Assembly: GCA_020137815.1 (NCBI GenBank)
Contig: CM035359.1
Span: 7,750,001 to 7,814,000 of the forward strand
Reading direction: 5' to 3'
Source of the DNA: Hormiphora californensis
Lineage: Eukaryota; Animalia; Ctenophora
DNA: 64,000 bases
Shown here: positions 1 to 12,218 of the stretch, in pieces
Numbering within the stretch: the stretch's first letter is position 1
How the letters are laid out: every line of letters starts with the position of its first letter
Notes under the pieces: model-generated
What the model saw: only the letters and a program-made list of their open reading frames with translations
The model's database searches: none
Told to the model about the DNA's origin: nothing
Position numbers and translations under genes: made by a program

Positions 1-171
1 AGCACGCACACACATTGTGCAGTGAGCCCCTTGGCATGGAACACACTAACTGTAGTGATCTTAATAGGATCTCAATTCTAGGGTTAGTATTGTTTTAAAG
101 CAGCAATTGACTAATGCTAAAAGTAGCGACCTTACCGTGGCCTCGCAACTCTAATTCGCCCTTACTTGTAG

Positions 172-3100
172 GTGTACGATGAACAACTACCCAATAACCG
201 TGTCTATATTTGGGTACTGTCATAATTATCCACTCTGTGATGACAACTACAACAACATCTGTCCCTCTGTAGATAGGGGCTGCTCAATTCACAAAGGGCA
301 GCTGTGTGATGGCCGCAAAGATTGTAGCTCTAAGGTTGACGAAGAACAGTGTACAGGGAAGACAGTAGAGTTTGTTTGTGAGAGAAGGTTCCATACGGTA
401 TACAAGGAGAGGAAGCCTCTCGCCCTCCCTATGTCCTGGGTGATGGATGGTGCAGTAGATTGCTTGGACGGTCGAGATGAGAATGAGAAGATCTGGCTGA
501 TCTGCGATTACGCAGGAGTCTACAGGACATATTTAGAGCCCCTGAGTGGAAATATCTGCCAGGAAGTTCTGATTTGTCCCGGTGAGGGTGAGACCTTCAT
601 TCCGATGAATGAGCTGTGTGACAGGATAAATACCTGCTCTTTCGAGAACCAGTTGTGTGACGCAGCCATAGGCAGGGAGGTATTGGCTGTAGAGGCAGCT
701 GTCAGCCAGGGCGAAATATGGATGGAACACTGTTTTCCAAATCCTGTGCACGACTTGGAAATGCAATTGGGAAAGTGTCACCGTGTTGAGCACATGGATG
801 GCGGTCTGGCAAAAAGCGTTTTTGATGTCCATAAGCCGGTCATGGTAAATCTTCCTACACTAAAAGCTAAAGACTGCTCTTATCTATTCGGAGAACAATA
901 CGTCTACTCATCGTGCAACCACCGCTGTGCGAATGCCAAGTGTCCACTGCGACCAGCCACTCGTGACACCTGCACCAACTATGGGAAACAGCGAGTCCTA
1001 TCTTTAGCTGACACTTTTCCACCCGATCTGTTGCCCTTGTTGAAGGTCCCTGGTGCACTTGGCCAGTATGAGAACCGGTACTTCCCGTGTGCGAACAAGA
1101 GGTGCGTCTTGTACAGGGATGTGTGCAACTTGAGAGACGACTGCAACGATGGATCTGACGAGGAAAACTGTATCAACTACTTCAATTGTACAAGAAGTGG
1201 TGTCAAACTTCCCAAAACGTCCGTGTGTAATGGAAAAATTGAGTGCAGTGACTTATCTGATGAATGCCAAGAGGAATGCCCTAGCACAAACAAAAATATT
1301 CTAGCCAACAACTATGTCAGGTGCTCCTGTTACATATTTGGAACTCTAGCCACCCTCTTTAACATGGTGACAGTTGTACGATCTGCATTGAGCTGCAGTA
1401 GAAAGAAAAAGTTGGAAACCTTAATGAATCAGGTCACCATACTTCTAGTTAGTATGGGAGATATTCTAATTGGCTTCTATCTCATCGGGATATCGGTTGA
1501 GGATCATACTCAACGAATGTCAGGGGACTACTGTGCGAAGAGATTCCAGTGGCTAACCTCTAAAGGATGCATCGTTCTCGGTATTATCAGTACCATTGGC
1601 TCGCAACTGTCACTTTTTGCGATGACTATTCTGAGCTTAGTCCGCCTCAGAAATTCTTCAAGAATGATTCAAACAGGGTTGCGATCTGTAAACTCGATTT
1701 TAAAGATCGTCCTGTTGATCCTTGCACCCATTCTGGCTAGCATTGCGGTGGCGGTGTCGCCCATTTTGCCTATTTTCGACGATTATTTCAACAACGGACT
1801 TTACTATGACAAATCACCACTATTTTTGGGACCAATTGACAAGGCACGGCATGTGGCCACATTCAACGCAAGGAGCCCAGGACACCCAGAAAAAATGACG
1901 TGGAAAGAAATCCGTGAGGCAACAAAAAATGTATTTACTTTTGACCATGGAGGTAAGTGTAAGTCAAACTCGTTTACTTGACTTCAATTTACCGGAACGA
2001 AACGGTTCCAAAACCAGGGGAATGCGGCAAATGGGGGTCTGATTTAAATTGTATACGTTGTGAAACTAAAACAAATTCATTTGTAAGTTTTCAATATTTT
2101 CAGGTGTTCCAAGTGCAGTGTTGAGCTTCTATGGTAATGATGGGGTGTGTATCTTCAAGTACCTTGTCACGAGAAATGATCCCCAATGGGCCTTCTCAAT
2201 GGCCATCAATATAACCAACTTTCTATGCTTCATATTCATTACTGGAAGTTATATTGGCTTGGCGATAAAGAGTATGCGGTCAGCAAGAAACGTGGCACAA
2301 AACAACAGGGCAATCAAGAGGAATATACAAACGCTGCAAAATAAGGTCACGGCTATTATAGTAACTGATTTCTTCTGCTGGATCCCTCTTTGTATGGTTT
2401 CATTTCTACACTGGGGTGAGGTGATTGATGCCTCCCCTTGGTATATATACTTCTCCACTGTCGTTCTCCCTATCAACTCCGTCATCAACCCTCTGCTGTA
2501 CGATCGGTGTATCGTTAAATATGCCATCAGCAAACCTATCCAGGGATTGCAGTATCTAAGGATGAAAATCTCGAATCTTTTCGAGAATAAGGTTCACCCA
2601 TTGAGAGAGGAGATTGGTATGACGATTATGCAACAAGAGCCCAGACCCCAGACCACCATGCAAATAGAGCCCTCGACTGTTAAAAGGAACCAAATGTTTG
2701 TTGTAAGAGGTAACAAGTCACCGCTATCACGTCAGCCTAAATTGCGGAATAGGGACATAGCATTCGGCATCAAAGAAATGAAGTCACAGTTGGTTCTGCT
2801 TCAAGTTATCGAGAATATCGATGAAAATGCAGCAGCAGAGGAAGTAATAACCGAGATAGGAGTGCAGCAGACAACCGAGATGGGAATGCAGCAGACAACC
2901 GAGATGGGAGTGCAGCAAACAGCCGAGATGGGAGTGCAGCAGACAACCGAGATGGGAGTGCAGCAGACAACCGAGATGGGAGTACAGCAGACAACCGAGA
3001 TGGGAGTGCAGCAAACAGCCGAGATGGGAGTGCAGCAGACAACCGAGATGGGAGTGCAGCAGACAACCGAGATGGGAGTGCAGCAGACAACCGAGATGGG

Positions 3101-3422
3101 AGTGCAGCAGACAACCGAGATGGGAGTGCAGCAGACAACCGAGATAGGAGTGCAGCAGACAACCGAGATGGGAGTGCAGCAGACAACCGAGATGGGAGTG
3201 CAGCAGACAACCGAGATGGGAGTGCAGCAGACAACCGAGATGGGAGTGCAGCAGACAACCGAGATGGGAGTGCAGCAGACAACCGAGATGGGAGTGCAGC
3301 AGACAACCCAGATGGGAGTGCAGCAGACAGCCGAGATGGGAGTGCAGCAAACAGCCGATATAGGAGTTCAGCAGACAGCCGAGATGGGAGTGCAGCAAAC
3401 AGCCGATAGAGGAGTTCAGTAG
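172..3422 (+). CDS. GRL101-like LDLa-repeat class A GPCR, last two exons (172-1952, 2104-3422); 5' exons lie outside the window
   Basis: Several LDLa motifs (CDGRKDCSSKVDE, DGAVDCLDGRDE, CNLRDDCNDGSDE), then 7 hydrophobic segments with RXFP/LGR-type motifs (GDILIGFYL, IIVTDFFCWIP, LPINSVINPLLY). Acceptor tag|G at 171, donor |gtaagt at 1953, acceptor cag| at 2103; phases are compatible. Confidence 0.88.
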
Positions 3423-3550
3423 ACAACCGAGATGGGAGTGCAGCAGACAACCGAGATGGGAGTGCAGCAGACAACCGAGATGGGAGTGCAGCAGACAACC
3501 AAGATGGGAGTGCAGCAGACAACCGAGATGGTAGTGCGGCAGATAATCGA
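2850..3550 (+). repeat. 24-bp coding minisatellite (QQTTEMGV)n, about 29 units, in the GPCR C-tail
   Basis: Unit accgagatgggagtgcagcagaca read directly; the array continues past the TAG at 3420-3422. Confidence 0.97.
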
Positions 3551-4057
3551 GATGGGATTTGAATAGAGGCGGAAGATCAGCGGTGGAGATTGAATAGCTA
3601 AAAAAACCAGAATTAACAGCAATTTGAGTGATAAACTGATGAGAAAGTTGAAGAGCGACAATCAAGAAGGACTGAGTGAGAGTGGGTGGTATTTGAGAGT
3701 GTGCTTTGTTTTTCGCTCATGTTATTATATTATTAATTATTATGTATCATGATATTATGTTCGTCGCAAGAGAGTTGATTATAAAATAGTGTGCTAGCTG
3801 TTTAATTTTCAAACAATCCAACTCTTCAACGGGTCTTGAATAATGACATTTGGACTGTTTATAATGTAATTTAGAATATGAGAAATATATGCCAAAAATG
3901 TCTCCGGCTATTTATTGTTATGTTAGCATGTACATGTATTGTATTTTCTGCTCGTTTTCAATCATTATCAAGTTAAAAAACGCCTATACAGTATACATAC
4001 TATCCTATCCTATTTAAATAAGAAGAATTATAATAATAACATAACTACTGGTAAATG

Positions 4058-4245
4058 AGTGTCCGACTGTGGTCTGGAAACTCCCTGGTGCACCTTTTCT
4101 GAATCAGAGGCCTTATTATTATTTAAATCCAGGCCTCTGATTGGCTCGTGCACCGAAAAATGACCGGTTGCGTTGGATTCGTCTTGAAAAGGTGATTCAG
4201 AAAAGCTCCTTTCAGTAGGGGGTTTCTAGACCACAGTCAGACACT
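4058..4245. mobile_element. MITE
   Basis: Imperfect TIRs agtgtccgactgtggtctggaaac / gtttctagaccacagtcagacact. Confidence 0.7.
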
Positions 4246-5649
4246 ATATATGAGATATATTTCGAATCCGTGGCCCGTGGGTACGCAATGTACAGTGTAC
4301 ATTAAACATTGTTTCGAACATTGTCCAGTAAAGTTCGTGTCAGGGGTGTACAATATCTCATCTAATATTGTAACTTGACGCTGAGTAGTCTCACACTTTG
4401 ACCGGTGCATGTTAAATATAAAGAGTATGATTTACTCAAACTATATCAATGCTCGCCTTCCCTCATGTGTATAATATGTAATAGACCTGTTGCTAAGGAC
4501 TAATGTGAGGGGCGAGGAACGTTAAAAGTGTAACAGGTTCTTACAAATAATAAAAACAAAACAAACCATACAAGGCACAGAAAAAATATCGCCTTTTGTC
4601 TTTCTCCCTCTTTAATCATAGTCTCTCTCTCTCCCTTTCTCACACACACACACACGTGCTGGGCTTACAAACGAAGGTTTATCAAAGATAGAGCGAGAAT
4701 ATAAACTATCATATCACTATGGAAAAACTGTCTGCTCTCGCTGACAGAACAGGCCATGTCAAGAGACAGTTCTTGGTTGTTACTTATCCAACTGATTGGG
4801 TTGCTCTAGTCGCAAACTACCAGCAGAATTCACAAAAGCTCGAGGATGTACACGTTGTAATTTCCACTGCCCACATGTCTATGAAGTATGAACCAACACA
4901 AAGTTTTAAAAGCCTACAGAAAGTATATGCATCTTTGAAGAAAAGCAGGGGAATGATTGACAGGCTTTGTTTACTGTTCCACACGGAGCAGTAGCATGAG
5001 AAAAGAGCACCCCCCCCCCCCCTGACAATGAACACCCACGACGAATAGCAACTGGAGCACTGTGATCAAACTGCATGGGGTGAGTCAAACAACACAATAT
5101 AGGGAGCTAGAGAACAGAGGGCATCGAGATAATACACTCCTGCTGTTACAGCAGTAGTCACACGCGAGAGAGAAATATAGAGTAACACACACACACACCC
5201 ACTCTTCCATACAACACCCACACAATGCGCGGACGCGCGTGCAGCTAGTGCTACCGTTGTATACTTTTAATAACAAAATGGGCTTTGTTAGCTAGTTCAC
5301 GACGGCCAGCCCGGCACAAAATGAAGGTGGAACGAAACCCGAGAAACAGGTCAACATTTCGTCCCGTTCTTAGCAGAAAATCCAGTGATTGTCTCCAGTT
5401 GTTTTGTTCAAACCGGGGAGGGAGGGTCGAACAAGGCAAGTCTCCAGCACGTCAGTATAAATTCGGCTATCACTACACAAAATATAGACCGAACCATCTT
5501 GGTTTTGTTAATTTGTAGAAATGAAAACAACCAGTTCATGGGTTTGAAAACAGTTCAATAAAAATAAATAAAATGTGTCCTTCTCTCTCACACATAACTT
5601 TCTCACTGTGTCTCTCTGTTCCTCTGCTCTCTCAGAGTCTCTCTCCCCT

Positions 5650-7441
5650 CTAAAATCGAGGTCTCATTCCAGGAGGTCCCATGCCGGGTGGCATTCTGGG
5701 AGGGTATCCAGGTGGTCCGAACCTGTTGGGGGCCATCATGGCAGGACTAGGTCCCCCTACACCAGCCATCGGTCCCTGTAGTCCAGGAGCACTAGGTTGG
5801 GGCGGCATACCACGACCAGCTGCTTTTGCTGCACCAAGATTCTGGGCGCCAGGTCGAGCACCAGGTCCTCTCTGTCTGGTGTTCTGAGGTGGTGGGCCTG
5901 GGGACATGTAGTGGTTAGAAAGGGGTGGTGGACCTGGGGACATGTAGTGGTTAGAAAGGGGTGGTGGACCTGGGGACATGTAGTGGTTAGAAAGGGGTGG
6001 TGGACCTGGGGACATGTAGTGGTTAGAAAGGGGTGGTGGACCTGGGGACATGTAGTGGTTAGAAAGGGGTGGTGGACCTGGGGACATGTAGTGGTTAGAA
6101 AGGGGTGGTGGGCCTGGGGACATGTAGTGGTTAGAAAGGGATGGTGGACCTGGGACATGTAGTGGTTAGAAAGGGGTGGTGGACCTGGTGACATGTAGTG
6201 GTTAGAATGGGATGGTGGACCTGGGGACATGTAGTGGTTAGAAAGGGGTGGTGGACCTGGGGACATGTAGTGGTTAGAAAGGGGTGGTGGACCTGGGGAC
6301 ATGTAGTGGTTAGAAAGGGGTGGTGGACCTGGGGACATGAAGTGGTTAGAAAGGGGTGGTGGACCTGGGGACATGTAGTGGTTAGAAAGGGGTGGTGGAC
6401 CTGGGGACATGTAGTGGTTAGAAAGAGGTGGTGGACCTGGGGACATGTAGTGGTTAGAAAGGGGTGGTGGACCTGGGGACATGAAGTGGTTAGAAAGGGG
6501 TTGTGGACCTGGGGACATGTAGTGGTTAGAAAGGGGTGGTGGACCTGGGGACATGTAGTGGTTAGAAAGGGGTGGTGGACCTGGGGACATGTAGTGGTTA
6601 GAAAGGGGTGGTGGACCTGGGGACATGTAGTGGTTAGAAAGGGGTGGTGGACCTGGGGACATGTAGTGGTTAGAAAGGGGTGGTGGACCTGGGGACATGT
6701 AGTGGTTAGAAAGGGGTGGTGGACCTGGGGACATGTAGTGGTTAGAAAGGGGTGGTGGACCTGGGGACATGTAGTGGTTAGAAAGGGGTGGTGGACCTGG
6801 GGACATGCAGTGGTTAGAAAGGGGTGGTGGACCTGGGGACATGTAGTGGTTAGAAAGGGGTGGTGGACCTGGGGACATGCAGTGGTTAGAAAGGGGTGGT
6901 GGACCTGGGGACATGTCTCATTCTCACATGTCTCAACACAACAGGTTTACTGTATAACACACAAAAAAAATGTTTACCTTCAACAGTCATGGATACAAGG
7001 TTCTCTCCTCTAAGGAGGACAAGACCAAGGGCCCTCTTCTCCTCTTTATCCCCGCTTTTAGCAGCCTTTTGTCTGATCTTCCTGAACTCTTCACAATCAC
7101 CCAGCACCTACAAGGGGTGATAATAGTTAGCAGAAATATTTGAGAGTTAGAAGAATTATTTAAGTTCATATTCGGTACGTAAATACCATACAGGTTCCCC
7201 TTGACACTTTGATGCAACTTGAAACTTGATGAATAAATTTATTTACACAAAGACATAAACGGTGTCAGACATTGCCTTGTTCGACCCTCCTTGAACAAAA
7301 CAAGTCAGACACTAAACTAACCAAGTTCATGTGTTTATCAAAGGCGAGGAAGGCTCCAACAAACTGCCTCCCATCTTGTAGAGACACCCTCATACGGTAG
7401 TTAAGGTGCTGTTGGATCTTTGAACTTCGGCCGGCAGGCAT
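5650..7441 (-). CDS. SNRPB: Small nuclear ribonucleoprotein SmB/B' (exons 7441-7322, 7107-6978, 5897-5650)
   Basis: Spliced product [40 protein letters not shown]|[11 protein letters not shown]...[18 protein letters not shown]|PPP...AAGRG...[13 protein letters not shown]: Sm1 and Sm2 motifs plus the Pro/Gly/Met tail of SmB. GT-AG junctions are in phase. Confidence 0.96.
5886..6915 (-). repeat. 36-bp minisatellite made of the SmB intron-2 3' splice site (29 CAG acceptors)
   Basis: Minus-strand unit ctttCTAACcactacatgtcccCAG|gtccaccaccc; one unit near 6150-6184 is 35 bp. Confidence 0.95.
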
Positions 7442-7694
7442 CTTGTCGGCAACTTAAAAAATGGATGTACAGAAAAGCGAGGTAAGAGTGAAATAGTGGA
7501 AAACGGTAAACGGCGGTAAAGGAACTATCATCCAACGCGACTTTTATGATTTGTGATCGTTTCGCTGCACGCGCAAATCAGAAACTGACGCCGCGCAGCT
7601 AAAAAGTTTCGAGCGCGCTGAAATATTTTTCTGAAACTCAAAGTCAGATTTCGCAAAGTTTGTGTTGAAAAGCGTTGAAAAGCGCTGCCTTATA

Positions 7695-7986
7695 GGGATC
7701 CCTAAAAAAGTTCAGTATTTACACAGAGTTTACACAGTCTTTACACAGTCGTTACACCCAGAGCGGCGCGTGCTGCGTTTTGCGGCTTTTTTCAAGAAAA
7801 TATTGGATTGTGTGCTGCACAATTGAGTAAATTGAGCGCTGCGGCGAAAAAAGTTTCCGAAAACGCTGCAAATCGAGTGCGAAAGACGCAGTCTTTACAC
7901 CCAGAGCGGCGCGGGCGCTCTGGGTGTAATGAATGTGTAAAGACTGTGTAAACGCTGTGTAAATACTGAACTTTTTTAGGGATCCC
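7695..7986. mobile_element. TA-flanked MITE (family 1)
   Basis: Long TIRs gggatccctaaaaaagttcagtatttacacag / ctgtgtaaatactgaacttttttagggatccc, TA on both sides; second copy at 26394-26806. Confidence 0.9.
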
Positions 7987-8040
7987 TATCGCGCGGGGGC
8001 CAGCAACGTTTGCCAAAAGTTTGTGAAGTCGAAAAGGGCC

Positions 8041-8408
8041 TGCCAGCGTTAAAATCTGGGTGTTTTGGGAGTGCTGACAAACGGTTTTTTAGGGTTAGGG
8101 CTAATGTAGGGTTAGGGTTAGGGTTGGGGTTTGGGTTTGGGTTGGGGTTTGGGTTTGGGTTGGGGTTAGGCCTTGCCATTCCCTACCATATAAACTTTGA
8201 ATCAGCCAAAACGGTTGAGTGGTTTGGCGGTTAGAGTCATTTTAGTGAATCAACTTTTTTGGCAGCGCGCACCTGTAAACAGGCCTCCAAACACCCAGAT
8301 CGTAACGGCGCCCGGCGGTTAGAGCCATTTTAGTGAATCAACTTTTTTGGAAGCGTACACCTGTAAACACTAAACAGGCCACCAAACAACCAGATCGTAA
8401 CGGCGCCC
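8041..8408 (+). mobile_element. Telomere-repeat MITE type B with a partial tandem duplication of its 3' end
   Basis: Near-identical to 25854-26096 and 47276-47524; internal (TTAGGG/TTGGG)n. Confidence 0.8.
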
Positions 8409-8582
8409 TGCAGCGTATGCCAACGAAAAGTCACTTTTTTGCAACAAAGTACCAGCATATGTATTATGTTGGTGCGTGCTCCATTATTTTACACTATAAA
8501 GGGATATATAATATAAATGATTACATTACATAATATAATGAGTTATTTAACCCCACCTGCCCACAGTAGATTTAGAGCCAGC

Positions 8583-11500
8583 ATGTTGCACCAAAAACGT
8601 TACATTGTCCCCTTTGTCATTCTTATGTTCCCTGTCGTCCTCGTTTTTGCTCTCATCAGACACGCCATCTCCTTTTTGTTTCGAGCTCTGAAACCAAAGA
8701 ATTATCCACCAGTTTTACGGTGAGTGAAATTAGCTTGAAAATTTGGTGTTAACTTGTACATGATCCGTGTTTCCACTTTCTGGGAAAGGGGCAGCAATTG
8801 CAGTGGGGAAATCTAATTATATTCATATATTATCTTACTATTCCACTTTGACCCACTCATAATTTCCCAGGACCCCGCCAGAATCGTTTGCATGCCTATC
8901 GGATCTGGGGTACAACTTCACTGCAAATTACGTGGAGTTATCTGGTGGCAACCTCCATCTACCTAGAGTACATTATGTGGATGAGGTGAGATAAACGAAG
9001 TGCTATTTGTATATCATGTATATAAAGGGGTAATGAAATGATAAATGTACACAGAAACTTGCCTTGTTCGACCCTGTCTCGCCACGACACATGTAAAAGA
9101 GAGTTAGAAAGTAACAAGTTTGTAACAACAACGAAATATCCTTTATTCCTGGATCAAATCCTAATTGCTATTCCTATGAGAATTGAGATCATTACCATTC
9201 TAATTTATATCTAGGGCCCCCAAAACTCAGAGCATGTGATCCTGTGTATACACGGTGAACCAACATGGAGTTTTCTATATCGCTTTATGATCAGGGAGCT
9301 GTCGCACAGGGGTTACCGAGTTATAGCACTCGATTTTATCGGTTAGTAAATTGTGTTTTTGATTTTATAGATCAGCTCAGTTTGGTTTCTATTTCATAAA
9401 TGTTTATCATTACTCTACACGGTCTCTTTGAACTAAACAAAGCCCACCATTCAACGGTTATGGGTTACAAAGTAATAACTATTTTCAGGTTTCGGTAAGA
9501 GTGATAAGTACAGTTCAGTTGACATGTACACACATGACTTACACACACTGACACTAAAACTATTTATTGAACATTTAAAGTAAGTTCGTTTCCATTAATT
9601 GCTGGTTATGTCGCTAACTCAGTATCTGTTTTATCATTTATTTGCTGTTCCCCGTCTGTGTTTTAATTTCCATTCTCTATACCATTATACCAAAACTCTC
9701 AATTTCCCATTATATATCCTCAGATTGTCTAATATCACATTAGTGGTACATGATTGGGGTGGACCGGTTGGGCTGTCAGTTGTAAAGGACATGCCACAGC
9801 TAATCGATAGCCTGTGTATTCTCAACACGGTAAGAGAAAGAAGTCATTCTAAAGTTACTTACTTCTGTTACTTCTGTGTAGTTCGCCGGCTACTGCTCGT
9901 CCGATCGGGGTATCGCTTTCTGCAACTCCCCACTGGTACTATCAAGAACACTGTTTGTGGATCTCCGCGTATACCCAGCGACTGGAGGTTGGTCTGGTAT
10001 CGCGTCCAGAAATCTTGATAACTGAGTTTTGAAAACCTGGAACTCAGTGATTTGGTTAATTTGAGCAGGTAAGCAGTTCCAGAGCCTCGGCCCCATCACA
10101 GCAAAGGATCCATCGTATGCTGACTGTGCTGCTGCTAGAGAGTTCTTCACAATTTTCGGAACCACAGCTCTGGTTCCCAGTCGGCCACCAGCGGTAGATT
10201 GTACTCCGATGTCATTGGAGATGTGGCCATGAAGCGTCTTCCACATATGTAGAATAATGTAACGCTCTCTCCTGCGTTGTAGGGAGCTGATACGAAGATA
10301 CTGAAGGCGCTGCCAGTAGGTCATTCCCTTACACTCCGCTATACGTCTGGTAAAGGAACGCTGCACTCCCTCAAGTAGCTCGATATCCCTAATCTTAGTC
10401 GGACTCCAGAGGGGGCAACAGTACTCGAGCAGGCTCCTGACCATACTCTTATAGTTTATACAAAGTTATCATAGCTTCTCTGTCCCGTGTTTTGAAGACA
10501 CTCAGGACCCAAGATGCTTTGCGGCGTCCGCTCTCGGCAATCGTCCTTATGTGTCCCTCCCAATCTAGATCGGCTTGAACTAGCACACCAAGATCTCTAA
10601 CTGATAAGCTTGGTTCCAGGATTCCAGCCTCAGTTGTGTAAGATAGAAGATTTTGGGTGAATGGCAGTTGCTGGGAGAGAGGATCCCTTGTGACTCCATG
10701 AAGCAGATATTCAAATTTATCTGCATGTAGCTTCATGTTGTTTCTCAGGGACCATGCTGTAACAGCCTCCAAATCTCTTTGGAGGATTATCATGTCATCT
10801 TCTCCACCGATACTCTTCAGAATTCTCGTATCATCAGCAAAACATCTCAGTGTGCTTCCGGACACCACTGATGATATGTCGTTAATAAACAACAAGAATA
10901 GGAACGGTCCTAACACCGAACCCTGAGGTACTCCGCTTATGACCAGTACTGCTTCAGACAGGCAGCCGTCCACAGTAACTCGCTGTGCATGTAGAAATAT
11001 CTCGAATATGTTGAGGTATTTCTCTTTCTAATGATGCTTGGAGTGGGGGCCACCATCCCTTCAAGGTTGGAACAGCAGTCATTCTAATGAGTTTAGTAGC
11101 ATCTCCCCGATCTTCAATTGAAAGTTAGTTCAAAAGCTCTATTTTTCTCCACACTCCCCCCTACCCAGGTTCTGCCATGTCGAGATGACACCGCTTTGAG
11201 ACACATAGTCAACTTGTTTCACTTTATCTGCTGGAGTGCCGCTATCTTTGTCTGCCAGACCCACATACCTCTGGGAGCCCTGCTTGGTTACGAGGGGGTG
11301 GATGGGGTCACAAGCAAGGGTTACACCGCACCATTCCCTAACTACAGGTGATTACCTTTCTTTTCACTACCGTCCCATATTATTTAGTGTTTGATGATCA
11401 AGTGAGGCTAATTAGTGATTGGCTAAGTGTTATCTGTTCCCCAAATTCCAAACCCTATTTAGGTACAAAGCAGGAGTTGCTAGGTGGCCCCAACTCGTCC

Positions 11501-12218
11501 CAATGCTACCCTGGGGTAACAGCCGTATTATTGAGGACATGAGGAACACAAAACGATTCCTTAGAACCTGGAAGAAACCTGTTCTCATGATGTTCTGTAC
11601 TGATGGAATCAGGTTAGCAGTCAAAATAAAATTGAAATTACACCCAGCAACAGCATGTAGACATTATTTTGCTTGAGAAAACATTTTATATTCAGTGGAC
11701 CCCCCGGCCCTCACACATACACACACAATCTCTCTCTCTCTGGTCTTGCAGACATGCTCTTTCTAACCCAGTTGACGCCTATTATAATTACTACTACCCC
11801 AACCTTGTTCGACCATCTCTCTACCTCAGTGTGTAGCAATATTACTTTTCAGTGGTAAAGGACCAAGTAAGGAGCTATTCAAATCTCTATTTCCCCACGG
11901 CGTTGACATACCAATAACTGGGGGAGGATGCCTGTCACCGGTGAGAAAGGGAGGGAGAGAGAGAAAGGGAGAGAGAGAGAAAGGGAGGGAGAGAGAGGGA
12001 GAGAGATAAAGGGAGGGAGAGAGAGAAAGGGAGGGAGAGAGAGAAAGGGAGGGAGAGAGGGGGGAGAGAAAATAGTGTTTCTACAGATTTATTTCTTTCG
12101 TGGACAGCAATTAATCAATCTATCAACTTAACTCCAACCTTTCTACCAGGAATTCAAGGGAGAAGAAATGGCCCAGCATTTGTGTCGGTTTTTGAACGAA
12201 AACAAGAAGAAAAAGTGA
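8583..12218 (+). CDS. Haloalkane dehalogenase-like alpha/beta hydrolase (DhlA/DhmA, HLD-I type) with an N-terminal hydrophobic segment; 9 exons
   Basis: Exons about 8583-8719, 8871-8985, 9215-9341, 9489-9579, 9724-9829, 11169-11347, 11463-11612, 11853-11940, 12150-12218. They give [51 protein letters not shown] (nucleophile elbow), ILNT, YTAPFP, WKKPVL. Confidence 0.9.
9855..10990 (-). mobile_element. 5'-truncated CR1/L2-type LINE fragment (RT C-terminus, frameshifted) in intron 5 of the dehalogenase gene
   Basis: ORFs 10449-10973 ([20 protein letters not shown]) and 9890-10444 ([17 protein letters not shown]) are in different frames; short tandem tail near 9855-9880. Confidence 0.9.

Noticed and set aside
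2784-3665. Antisense repeat ORFs (HSHLGCLL)n and (SAALPSRL)n; likewise 5797-7013 ([12 protein letters not shown])n
   Set aside because: Stop-free by-products of tandem repeats on the non-coding strand.
5886-6915. 36-bp repeats suggesting a CRISPR array
   Set aside because: Head-to-tail units with no unique spacers, no cas genes, eukaryotic intron context.
8085-8170. (TTAGGG)n as a telomere or chromosome-fusion scar
   Set aside because: Short, degenerate and embedded in a dispersed TIR element present several times in the window.
8583-12218. Renilla-type luciferase
   Set aside because: Motifs (RTP..F, HGEPTW, Asp acid) fit the DhlA/HLD-I type rather than the HGN-type HLD-II clade that includes Renilla luciferase.
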